From assembly GCF_988242995.1 (NCBI RefSeq), contig NZ_OZ547043.1: a stretch of DNA of 64,000 bases, one strand, 5' to 3'. Positions 51,820-60,996 of this stretch are shown in pieces. How positions within the stretch are numbered: the stretch's first letter is position 1; each line of letters starts with the position of its first letter. A program made the translations under genes and the position numbers. The notes under the pieces were generated by a model, which had not been told where the DNA came from, made no database searches, and saw only the letters and a program-made list of their open reading frames with translations.

Positions 51820-52899
51820 TTAATGTTGACTGTCATACCAATACACCAGGCTCAACGCCACCAGCACAAACACTATCGGTAAACCGAGCGCGGTAACAGG
51901 TGCGCTCAACGCAAATAACAATCCCAGATTGACCATGATTTGATAGCTGATCCAGGTGAGTAAGCCAACGATGACGCCTACAGCGAGACGGCTACCCATC
52001 CCTGGCGAGCGCGGGGCGCTAAAGGTAAACGGCACAGCCAGCAAAATCATCGCCAGAGTTAAGATGGGTTGCCCCAGTTTTTCCCACAGTGCAAGGCGGT
52101 AATCGCTGCTGGGTTGCCCGGTTTCCTGCAAATAATGGATGTAATGATTAAGCTGACGGACAGAAAAAGTATTCCCCGGCATCGATAACTCTTCAAGATC
52201 CATACTGGTGAAGGCCGATTGCCAGGCAAGATTATCTGATGTTTCCAGCGTTTCTTTGCCATTCAACCATTTTTTATGATTCACACCATGCAGGATCCAC
52301 GTTTTGTCGTCTTCAATGGAGGCACTGCGTGCAAAAATGTAGGATTCGAGCGAGAGATCGTCGCGATAATGAAATATCTCCACGCCCACAGGCTGGCCCT
52401 GCTCGTTCAGCGATTTCACCGTCACAAATTCATTACCGCGCCTGGCCCAAAGCATATTGCCGGTAATGTCATCGTCCTCCCCCAACGCGGTGGCAGTCGA
52501 TTTGATTTGCAGCGCCTGTTGCTGCAATGGCGACGCCACCCACTCATCTATCGCGCCTAACGAAACAGTCCACAATATCCCGGCAACCAGCGCCACCAGT
52601 GCAATACGGAAGATAGAAAACCCAGTGCTGCGAATGGCGGTAAGCTCACTGTTTTTCGATAACTGCCCCAGGCCAACAATCCCTCCCAATAATGCGATAA
52701 ACGGCGAAAGTTCGACCAGTGTACGCGGTAAGGTCATCAGCACCACCAGCACCGCCTGAGTCCAGCGATAACCACCCGGGCTGACATCATCCAGTTCGTT
52801 AATCAGGTTGAAGGTGGTAAAAAGCGGCAGCAATAGCCCTGCGGCGGCGGCAAAACCGAGAAAGAGATGACGGATTAAATAGCGACTGAAAACATTCAT
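51820..52899 (-). CDS. LptG/LptF-family (YjgP/YjgQ) permease, second of a pair
   Basis: Start set to MNVFSRYLIRHLF (ATGA overlap with the upstream paralogue); six-helix permease-like hydrophobicity with a large periplasmic loop. Confidence 0.65.
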   Translation of the reverse strand: MNVFSRYLIRHLFLGFAAAAGLLLPLFTTFNLINELDDVSPGGYRWTQAVLVVLMTLPRTLVELSPFIALLGGIVGLGQLSKNSELTAIRSTGFSIFRIALVALVAGILWTVSLGAIDEWVASPLQQQALQIKSTATALGEDDDITGNMLWARRGNEFVTVKSLNEQGQPVGVEIFHYRDDLSLESYIFARSASIEDDKTWILHGVNHKKWLNGKETLETSDNLAWQSAFTSMDLEELSMPGNTFSVRQLNHYIHYLQETGQPSSDYRLALWEKLGQPILTLAMILLAVPFTFSAPRSPGMGSRLAVGVIVGLLTWISYQIMVNLGLLFALSAPVTALGLPIVFVLVALSLVYWYDSQH

Positions 52900-53966
52900 C
52901 GGGAAAATTTCTGCAGCAATGAGAAGTCGCGTGCGACCAGCATCAGCAGGCCCATTAGCATGAGTCCGGGTACTAACCACAAACCAGGAATGAGGGGAAT
53001 CGCGCCGTTAGCCACCAGCGTACGGCAGACGTCGCCGCCATAAAAAATGGCAATAAACAGCAACGTCAGTGGCAATAATGTTGAAAATCGCCCTTGCCGC
53101 GGTTTTACCCGACTTAATGAAATGGCCAGCAGCGCCATCAACAATGCTGTCAGGCCACGGCTTTGTCGCCATTGCAGTTCGGCATGATCGGCTGGAAAGA
53201 CGGAGCGCGCCAGCTCCGTGACCGATTTTGCTTTGCGTTTGACGTTAGGGCTTTGATCCAGCGGATTCAGATGTAATTGCAGATTACGGTAGATCTGTTC
53301 GTTGTCGTCACGCCCCTGATGATCGAGAAGATAGGCGGTCCCGTTATGCAACATAACGGTCGGTTTCTCAGGTGATGGGTCAACCACATCAACCGAACGG
53401 GCGCGGAAAATGCGGGTTCGATTGGCAGTAGAAGTATAAATCAGCGCGTCAGTCAGGCGATTATTATCCTGATCAACCGTCTGCGAAAGGATCATTCGTC
53501 CGTTATCGTTAGTGTTAAATTTCTTTGCCCGCAACTGGCGAACATCCAGCTCCGACTGTGACTGTTGCTCCAGTTGATAAATCTGCGCATAAGCCCACGG
53601 ACGACCATACATCGACAGAAGGGTGACAAAAATACTTAGCGGTATCGCCAGATAAAGAACGGCTTTGTACAAGCGTCCCGGACTGCCCCCCGCCGCAGAA
53701 ATAGCGGTAATTTCCGAGTCGGTATACATCTGCCCTAGCGTCACGCCAACTGACACATACAGTCCAACAGGTAACAACATCTCCAGTGCAATCAGCACCT
53801 TGTAGAAAACAATATCCAGCACAACATCAAGAGCTAATGTCCCATTTGCCGCTTCGGTCAGATAACGCTGTGCGGAGTAGCTGGCGAAAATAAAGATCAG
53901 AAAACCGACGATAATCAGCACCAGACGGCGCGTACCACGCATGATGTAGTGTTCAACCAGCTTCAT
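52896..53966 (-). CDS. LptF/LptG-family (YjgP/YjgQ) permease, first of a pair
   Basis: 356 aa beginning MKLVEHYIMRGTRRLVLIIVGFLIF, same family architecture as the downstream paralogue. Confidence 0.65.
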   Translation of the reverse strand: MKLVEHYIMRGTRRLVLIIVGFLIFIFASYSAQRYLTEAANGTLALDVVLDIVFYKVLIALEMLLPVGLYVSVGVTLGQMYTDSEITAISAAGGSPGRLYKAVLYLAIPLSIFVTLLSMYGRPWAYAQIYQLEQQSQSELDVRQLRAKKFNTNDNGRMILSQTVDQDNNRLTDALIYTSTANRTRIFRARSVDVVDPSPEKPTVMLHNGTAYLLDHQGRDDNEQIYRNLQLHLNPLDQSPNVKRKAKSVTELARSVFPADHAELQWRQSRGLTALLMALLAISLSRVKPRQGRFSTLLPLTLLFIAIFYGGDVCRTLVANGAIPLIPGLWLVPGLMLMGLLMLVARDFSLLQKFSR

Positions 53967-53996
53967 CTCACTAACGCCCTCAATCCTTTGAATTTT

Positions 53997-54560
53997 TTAT
54001 TCATTGATCAGTTTCTGCGCCAGCGCAATGACATGTTCTACCTCTTCCGGCGTCAGGCTGCCGTCCTTTGCCCACTGAATTTGCCCGGCTTTATTCAGCA
54101 CCAGAATGGTTGAACTCTGCTCCGGCAACCGCCAGGCAACGCGTCCCTGTCCATTGCCGTCAATAACGAATTGCGCCCACGGATAGCGGCGTTTATTTTT
54201 TTCGATTTTGCCAACGACAAAATAGCCAGTACCAAAAATGGCATCATCGGTGTTCACAATGGTGGTGGGCTGAAAACGATCCTGCGGAAAGTTTGCCGCT
54301 TCAACCGCTTTAATTAACAGTGAGTTCTTTTTCTTCGCCGACTTACGCCCGGCGATATACTGAATAATGCGAACTTTTCCCGCCAGCTGTGTGCTGTTCC
54401 ACTTTTGGTAGTGAATTTCGTCGTCGCTATTCAGAAGCAGCTCGCCGCCTTCCTGGATATAAACAGGGGTAACCGTTTTGCCAGTGACGAAATTGTGTGC
54501 CTGCACACCCGGGGCTAAGAGCATGATAATCAGCGCAATAATCAAACGAGATGACATCAT
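53997..54560 (-). CDS. Secreted/periplasmic protein, YtfJ-like
   Basis: 187 aa with cleavable signal peptide (MMSSRLIIALIIMLLAPGVQA); family assignment is from recall only. Confidence 0.45.
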   Translation of the reverse strand: MMSSRLIIALIIMLLAPGVQAHNFVTGKTVTPVYIQEGGELLLNSDDEIHYQKWNSTQLAGKVRIIQYIAGRKSAKKKNSLLIKAVEAANFPQDRFQPTTIVNTDDAIFGTGYFVVGKIEKNKRRYPWAQFVIDGNGQGRVAWRLPEQSSTILVLNKAGQIQWAKDGSLTPEEVEHVIALAQKLINE

Positions 54561-54568
54561 TGCTCCGG

Positions 54569-55393
54569 TTATAGCGGAAAACGCGAAATCAGCAGCTCTA
54601 AGCGCTGGCGAATATCGCTATCCAGCGCCACCGGTGCATCATACGACTGGCGGTTTTCCATATCATCCGCCACCATGTCGTCGTGTTTATCCCCCATCAG
54701 GCCATTAATGGCGGCGAGGAAGCGGGAAATCTGTAACGCCTCTTTATTTTCAGGATCAAGCGATCTTAGGGTGTCGTAATAAGAAACCTGCTGGCTGATG
54801 ATTTTTCGCACATCATGAAATTCCCTGCCAGTTAGTCGCGGTTTGGCAATTATCTCTTTCAGGGTATGCATTTGCTTTTGCCGATAGGCAATAAAACCGC
54901 TTACGCTTTCTAACTGGCTATGGCGTAATGAATAGTTCACCAACGACCAGACCGGAGAGCTTAAATAAACCCGTAACAGGTTGCCGTAATACGACACAAT
55001 ATTTTTCTTACCGTTACGAAAGCCGTCCTGAAAACGCCCCAAAAAAACGGTCGTTTTGCCGAATAAAAATCCGGCCTGATGCTTTTTTAAATACAGCCGT
55101 TGCGCAAAACGCAGGTGCTTGTAGCGCGCTCGCATGTATTTAAATTGTTTGCGCTCATCAGCAGTCAGCTCATCGCCTTTGGCCTGTTTGCATATTAAAC
55201 GCAGTAACTCCTGGCGATTGACGCCATTGAGCCAGAATTGCAGGCATAACGCGTAATTATCATGGATGATTTCGGTGGTACAACTTAGTGCGATAGTCGG
55301 CGGCAAACTGACCTGTGCATCAACGACATCATCTTCTTCAATCGCAACAAATAGACGCTCGCTAGCCTCAAGCGGGAAATATTTTCTCATCAT
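54569..55393 (-). CDS. Conserved hypothetical protein, no recognised domain
   Basis: 274 aa basic soluble protein; 1-bp overlap with the upstream flippase gene. Confidence 0.45.
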   Translation of the reverse strand: MMRKYFPLEASERLFVAIEEDDVVDAQVSLPPTIALSCTTEIIHDNYALCLQFWLNGVNRQELLRLICKQAKGDELTADERKQFKYMRARYKHLRFAQRLYLKKHQAGFLFGKTTVFLGRFQDGFRNGKKNIVSYYGNLLRVYLSSPVWSLVNYSLRHSQLESVSGFIAYRQKQMHTLKEIIAKPRLTGREFHDVRKIISQQVSYYDTLRSLDPENKEALQISRFLAAINGLMGDKHDDMVADDMENRQSYDAPVALDSDIRQRLELLISRFPL

Positions 55394-56742
55394 CAGGATT
55401 TCTCTCCGGCTGCGTTATAAAGCAAGGAATGGCGCTGAAAAAATGCCTTTAAGGTTGGAATTAGCGAGAGCACCACATCCAGACATTGCCCAGCGAAGTA
55501 AGCAAATGCAGCCCCCAGCACGCCAAACAGATGACAGAACATGAACAGCAATACGATGTAGCCGATTGAGGCGATGGTTTGCGCCACGAGAAAAGCACGC
55601 TGTTTTCCCGCCATCAATAGCAATGACTCCTGTGGGAAGCCCAGCATCGAAATCACAATTGCGCCCAGCATCACCTGAATCAGGTCATACGCTTCGAGAT
55701 ACTTAACGCCAAACACCAGCGAAATGAGCGGCTTGCCGACGATCAACACCGCGAGCGCCACCAGAATACCGATTCCGCCCGCCAGTAAACCGGACTTCAC
55801 GCCTAACAACCACGGTCTGGTGGTGCGCGGATCTAAACGCATCACCTCTGGGTAAAAACTTTTACCCAGTAAACCCGCTGGCGTTCCGGCGGCGTCGAAG
55901 AATGTCATGGCGATTTTAAATAACCCGGCGGCAGCGGGTCCTAACACGATCCCCACCAACACTGTGCTGCACGAGTTACGTGCCGACCAGATGGAGTGGG
56001 CAATGTTGGTTGACCAGACAAAACTCCACGCGCCTTTAATGTGTCGGGCAGACTCAAACAGATTCAATTTGAAGGCGTTATGGATATTTCTGCGGCGTAA
56101 TTCGCGCGCGGCAAACCACCAGTACATGGTGCCGCCAACCAGATTCGACACGTACCAGGCAATAACAAAACCCGCAAAACCAAAGTCAAAATACCAGGCT
56201 ACGACGCTCCCCGCTGCGCGCAGAAAAGGTTTCGTCGCTTGCTGTACAGCAATTAGATCGAAGCGATCTACCGCACGCAGAATGCCGGTCGGCGTGGAGG
56301 AAGCCATTGAAGGAATGAGCGTGCAATACAGCGCGGCCAGCCAAAAGCTTTGGTCATCCAGACCTAATGAATGGGAAAGAAAAGGGAGTAAGGCAATGCC
56401 GCCGACAATCGCCACCGCGCCGCTGACGATATCCAGCGAGAAGGAAAATGAGACGACATTGCGGAATTGCTGCGGATTATTGTTGGTTAATGCTGGTGTT
56501 CCGTACTGCACCACCAACTGCCATGTCTGAAACTTAATAAAATCGCTGATCGACTTGGCGTACGATTGCACAATCACCAGTACGCCAAACATGGCGGGCG
56601 TCATCCCTTTACCGGCACACGAGAGCGCCAACAAACCCAGCAAGGCGCTCACGACATTACTGGAGCCTAACCAGGCGCTATTGCGAATAATGGTGCGAAA
56701 CGCGCCATCTGCAAACCAATGTTTGATGTTAAAACCCGCCAA
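55393..56742 (-). CDS. yghQ: Wzx-like (MOP superfamily) flippase
   Basis: 449 aa polytopic protein with N-terminal IIRNSAWLGSSNVVSALLGLLAL typical of polysaccharide-biosynthesis flippases; adjacent to yghR. Confidence 0.6.
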   Translation of the reverse strand: MAGFNIKHWFADGAFRTIIRNSAWLGSSNVVSALLGLLALSCAGKGMTPAMFGVLVIVQSYAKSISDFIKFQTWQLVVQYGTPALTNNNPQQFRNVVSFSFSLDIVSGAVAIVGGIALLPFLSHSLGLDDQSFWLAALYCTLIPSMASSTPTGILRAVDRFDLIAVQQATKPFLRAAGSVVAWYFDFGFAGFVIAWYVSNLVGGTMYWWFAARELRRRNIHNAFKLNLFESARHIKGAWSFVWSTNIAHSIWSARNSCSTVLVGIVLGPAAAGLFKIAMTFFDAAGTPAGLLGKSFYPEVMRLDPRTTRPWLLGVKSGLLAGGIGILVALAVLIVGKPLISLVFGVKYLEAYDLIQVMLGAIVISMLGFPQESLLLMAGKQRAFLVAQTIASIGYIVLLFMFCHLFGVLGAAFAYFAGQCLDVVLSLIPTLKAFFQRHSLLYNAAGEKS

Positions 56743-56787
56743 TTCAGCCTGACCTTATCGTTGATAGTAAAAAGTATCCCGCCAGCC

Positions 56788-57546
56788 TTAAGTTAAACTT
56801 CGGCGGTCAGAAACGATGGCAACCAGAGAAACCGCCTTCTGTGCCTGTTCCAGCACCTCGCTGTAAGGCGCTCTGGAATCAATCTCAAGAATTTTTGTGC
56901 CGTTATAGCCAATCGTCGACATGACGCCGATTTTGTCCTGCAGCTCGGCATAGTCATGGTCAGGCTTGCGGGAGATGGCAGTATCAATATCAATCCCCAA
57001 GCGAATGATTAATTCAGGACGGTATTGCGCCATTTGTTGGTATAAACGCCGTTCGCGCTGCGCCAGAAACATGCTGATTTTCCCGGTCGCACGTTCGACG
57101 CCGATCCCCGGTCCGTCATAATAAAAGCCCGAAATTTCAGCCTGCGGGAAGCGATCGCTGACCACCAGAACGCCACTTTGCGCCAGTCGCTGAACCTTGC
57201 GTAGATTCGCCATTCTTCGCAGCGAGAAGCAGTACATAATCACCGCCGCCCATAGCGCTGGAGATTTGGTTTTCATGCTTTGGGTTTTCGAGGATTTGGC
57301 CGCCAGTCGCCGTTCGAGCCAGACGCCAACCAACGGCAATCGTTTGATTTTGTCGCCGTCTTCGCCGGAGAGCAGCCCCAAATAGCGGCGCTCGGTTTGC
57401 CAGTGTTGTTGCAGCGATTTCACCAGGTCGGTGGTCAGCGTGGATTTACCGGTGCCATCACACCCGACCACCGCAATCAGCCCCGGAATGTAGTTGGGCT
57501 GCGGCACGGTTGTACTATTAACAGTTTGTGTTTGTAGTGCATCCAT
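56788..57546 (-). CDS. yghR: P-loop NTPase, thymidylate-kinase-like putative kinase
   Basis: 252 aa with N-terminal Walker A VVGCDGTGKSTL; paralogue of the next two genes. Confidence 0.7.
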   Translation of the reverse strand: MDALQTQTVNSTTVPQPNYIPGLIAVVGCDGTGKSTLTTDLVKSLQQHWQTERRYLGLLSGEDGDKIKRLPLVGVWLERRLAAKSSKTQSMKTKSPALWAAVIMYCFSLRRMANLRKVQRLAQSGVLVVSDRFPQAEISGFYYDGPGIGVERATGKISMFLAQRERRLYQQMAQYRPELIIRLGIDIDTAISRKPDHDYAELQDKIGVMSTIGYNGTKILEIDSRAPYSEVLEQAQKAVSLVAIVSDRRSLT

Positions 57547-57577
57547 TCGTTAAATCATCCCCTATCCATTTTGGTGA

Positions 57578-58291
57578 TCAGGAAAGCGCGGCGTGAATTG
57601 CGCGTAGTGACGCTTGCATAATTTCATCGGCTGGTTGCCGACCATCCAGTTCAAGGATCCTGGCGCCATTGAATGTCAGTTGCGGCGTAACGGCGATTTT
57701 TTCCTGTAACGCCGCCAGTTGATGGTCAGGTTTACGCGAAAACGCGGTTTGTTCATCAATGCCAAGACGAATCAACAATACGGGCAAATAAGACGCCATC
57801 CATTGGTACAGCTTCAGCTCGCGCTGCCTTAACATTTTTATCCAGCCGTTACCGCCCGTGGTTTTTGCCAATTGCGGGCCATCAAAGCGAAAACCCGGCA
57901 CTTCAACCTGCGGGTAGCGGTCGGTGATGAGCAGATAGCCTTGCTGGCTTTTACACAACATTTTGCGAAACTTGTACGCCCGCCAGCAGGAAAGCAGATA
58001 GATAACCAGCGCAGTAATATTGCCAGGCGGTGTTAAGGGCTTTTCGTGCACATGTGCCGCTTTACTTCGCAAATAACGCCCAAAAGGTGCGCCAATAACA
58101 GGGAGCTGTGAAATCCATTCGCCAATTCGCCCGGACGATTGCCCGAGATAAATGTGTTCTGTTGGCATTGTTGCTGCCAGTTCATTTACCAGGCTTGCCG
58201 TGAGGGTCGATTTACCTGAACCATCACATCCTACAATGGCAATAACACGCACTGGCGTGGAATTAATTATTGACATATTACGTTGATTCAC
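57578..58291 (-). CDS. yghS: P-loop NTPase, thymidylate-kinase-like putative kinase
   Basis: 237 aa, Walker A IVGCDGSGKSTL; collinear with yghR. Confidence 0.7.
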   Translation of the reverse strand: MNQRNMSIINSTPVRVIAIVGCDGSGKSTLTASLVNELAATMPTEHIYLGQSSGRIGEWISQLPVIGAPFGRYLRSKAAHVHEKPLTPPGNITALVIYLLSCWRAYKFRKMLCKSQQGYLLITDRYPQVEVPGFRFDGPQLAKTTGGNGWIKMLRQRELKLYQWMASYLPVLLIRLGIDEQTAFSRKPDHQLAALQEKIAVTPQLTFNGARILELDGRQPADEIMQASLRAIHAALS

Positions 58292-58464
58292 GAAAAACCC
58301 GGCAGCAAATAATGTATTGAATATTACGTGGTCCGTGCTCAGAATATCCGTTCAACCTTATTGTGACAATGGTTAATTGTGACATTGACCTGAATTACGC
58401 TTTCATAAAAACATATTAACCAAATAAATATTTTTAATGGATATTTAAATTAAAGGATATATTC

Positions 58465-59157
58465 ATGCAGTCAATAACACCTCCATTAATTGCCGTTATT
58501 GGTAGCGATGGTTCAGGCAAGTCAACGGTGTGTGAACATCTCATTACCGTTGTCGAAAAATATGGTGCTGCCGAAAGAGTTCATTTAGGAAAACAGGCCG
58601 GAAATGTCGGTCGTGCAGTGACAAAATTACCGTTGATGGGAAAATCCTTACATAAAACAATTGAACGAAATCAGGTGAAAACAGCAAAAAAATTGCCAGG
58701 ACCAGTTCCGGCGCTGGTAATTACAGCGTTTGTCGCCCGTCGCTTACTGCGCTTTCGTCATATGCTTGCCTGTCGTCGTCGCGGGTTAATTGTTCTAACC
58801 GACCGTTATCCTCAGGACCAAATTCCTGGCGCTTACGATGGTACAGTGTTCCCGCCTAACGTTGAAGGCGGCCGGTTTGTCTCATGGCTGGCAAGCCAGG
58901 AACGTAAAGCGTTTCACTGGATGGCGAGCCATAAACCTGATCTGGTCATCAAACTCAATGTCGATCTGGACGTGGCCTGCGCGCGTAAGCCTGACCACAA
59001 AAGAGAATCGCTGGAAAGGAAGATAGCCATAACGCCACAGTTAACCTTTGGAGGCGCGCAACTGGTTGATATCGATGCCAATCAACCGCTGGAACAAGTG
59101 CTGGTTGATGCGGAAAAAGCGATTACGGATTTTATGACCGCGCGTGGTTATCACTAG
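58465..59157 (+). CDS. yghT: P-loop NTPase, thymidylate-kinase-like putative kinase
   Basis: 230 aa, Walker [13 protein letters not shown]; divergent from yghS. Confidence 0.7.
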   Translation: MQSITPPLIAVIGSDGSGKSTVCEHLITVVEKYGAAERVHLGKQAGNVGRAVTKLPLMGKSLHKTIERNQVKTAKKLPGPVPALVITAFVARRLLRFRHMLACRRRGLIVLTDRYPQDQIPGAYDGTVFPPNVEGGRFVSWLASQERKAFHWMASHKPDLVIKLNVDLDVACARKPDHKRESLERKIAITPQLTFGGAQLVDIDANQPLEQVLVDAEKAITDFMTARGYH

Positions 59158-59169
59158 TCAAAAATGGAA

Positions 59170-59194
59170 ATGCCCGATCGCCAGGACCGGGCAT
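59170..59194. terminator. Bidirectional rho-independent terminator between convergent yghT and pitB
   Basis: Stem ATGCCCG / CGGGCAT flanked by AAAAT on one side and TTTTC on the other. Confidence 0.45.
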
Positions 59195-59205
59195 TTTCAG
59201 GAAGG

Positions 59206-60705
59206 TTAAATCAACTGCAATGCTATCCAGTACAACCCACCAGAAAGAAAAATCGCCGCCGGTAAAGTAAACACCCACGCCATCAGGATGCTGGTTACCG
59301 TTTTACGCTGTAACCCACCGCCGTCCACCACCATCGTCCCTGCTACCGCAGACGAGAGGACGTGTGTTGTGGAGACGGGCATCCCAATATAACTGGCAAG
59401 GCCGATAGACACTGCCGCCGTCATTTGTGCCGCCATGCCTTGCGCATACGTCATGCCGCGCTTACCAATCTTCTCACCGATGGTCATCGCTACACGACGC
59501 CAGCCAATCATGGTGCCAATGCCGAGCGCCAGTGCTACTGCCATGATGATCCACACCGGAGCGTACTCAATGGTGCTTAACATATCGCTGCGCAGTTTTT
59601 TCAGCAGGTTCTGGTCTTCTTTACTGACGCCTGGCAGTTTCGCCAGCTTCGCGGAGGTATCAGAGATGCACAGCATAATGCGGCGCAGCTGGCTGCGCTG
59701 ACTCACGCTTAACGGCTCGTAACTTTCCATATTGCCTGGCAGCATCGTTTTAACGCGCGCAATCGCATCAAAGGTATTTGCCGGATGACAGTGAAACTCC
59801 GTTACTTGCGTACCATCAGTCGATGCCGCAGGCAATGGAGGTTCCATCGCAATCAACTTCTGCGGCAGTTCAGGATGCTGTTGCAGGTAGTGTTCGAAGT
59901 TGGTGACGGCATCGCGGGTACGGGTAATTTCATAGCCGGACGCATTCATATTGACGACGAAACCAGCAGGGGCAATCCCCACCAGTACCAGCATCACCAG
60001 GCCGATCCCTTTCTGCCCGTCGTTAGCACCGTGCGAAAACGCCACGCCCGCAGCGGAAACAATCAGCGCAATACGCGTCCAGAATGGTGGCTTCCGTTTG
60101 CCTTTTTTCTTTTTGCGATCTTCCGGAATGCGGTGAATACGGTCACGCTTTTTCGTCCCGCTCCAGTAGCGGCGCAGCAGGAATATCAGGCCTCCCGCAA
60201 TGACCAGGCCGACGATAGGGGAAACAATCAGCGAGGAGAAAATTTTGGTCACTTCACGCAGGTTTAACGCATCCATCACCGATGAGCCGGTTAACAGCGC
60301 GTTGGTTAAACCGATGCCGATAATCGCACCAATCAAGGTATGCGAACTGGAGGCCGGTAAACCAAAGAACCACGTTCCCAGGTTCCAGATAATCGCCGCC
60401 AGCAGCATGGAAAAGACCATCGCCAGGCCGTGAGTTGACCCCATATTCAGCAACAAATCGGTTGGCAACATATGGACAATGGCATAGGCAACGCTAAGTC
60501 CGCCTAGCAATACGCCAAAAAAGTTAAAAAATGCCGCCATCACCACAGCAAGTTGTGGTTGCATGGCACGAGTATAAATAACGGTTGCCACCGCATTCGC
60601 CGTATCATGAAAACCATTGATTGCTTCGTAGAACAACACAAATGCCAGAGCAAGTAATAACAAAAGCCCCGTGAATATATCAAGGCCAACAAATAAATTT
60701 AGCAT
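59206..60705 (-). CDS. pitB: Low-affinity inorganic phosphate transporter (PiT family)
   Basis: 499 aa polytopic transporter with the PiT signature region [15 protein letters not shown] near the N-terminus. Confidence 0.85.
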   Translation of the reverse strand: MLNLFVGLDIFTGLLLLLALAFVLFYEAINGFHDTANAVATVIYTRAMQPQLAVVMAAFFNFFGVLLGGLSVAYAIVHMLPTDLLLNMGSTHGLAMVFSMLLAAIIWNLGTWFFGLPASSSHTLIGAIIGIGLTNALLTGSSVMDALNLREVTKIFSSLIVSPIVGLVIAGGLIFLLRRYWSGTKKRDRIHRIPEDRKKKKGKRKPPFWTRIALIVSAAGVAFSHGANDGQKGIGLVMLVLVGIAPAGFVVNMNASGYEITRTRDAVTNFEHYLQQHPELPQKLIAMEPPLPAASTDGTQVTEFHCHPANTFDAIARVKTMLPGNMESYEPLSVSQRSQLRRIMLCISDTSAKLAKLPGVSKEDQNLLKKLRSDMLSTIEYAPVWIIMAVALALGIGTMIGWRRVAMTIGEKIGKRGMTYAQGMAAQMTAAVSIGLASYIGMPVSTTHVLSSAVAGTMVVDGGGLQRKTVTSILMAWVFTLPAAIFLSGGLYWIALQLI

Positions 60706-60996
60706 ATATTAGATTACGCCATTTTGAATTTACGAACGGACGCATTATCAGTGACTTTAACGGCGTGGGCAAAGTGAAATATCATTTTTAAACGATAAAA
60801 AGAGTGTTATTTCTTGTGTATCAGATAATAAGCATTCATTCAAAACCTTTAGAAATAATCAAAACACAGGCATTCCACTGGTTAATACATTCACACATGA
60901 AATGAATAAATATTTGAATATATAAATATTGAATATTTTGATTAATCCCCGCACTGATTATTCTTCATAATCAGTGCGGGGTTGCTACAACATGTA

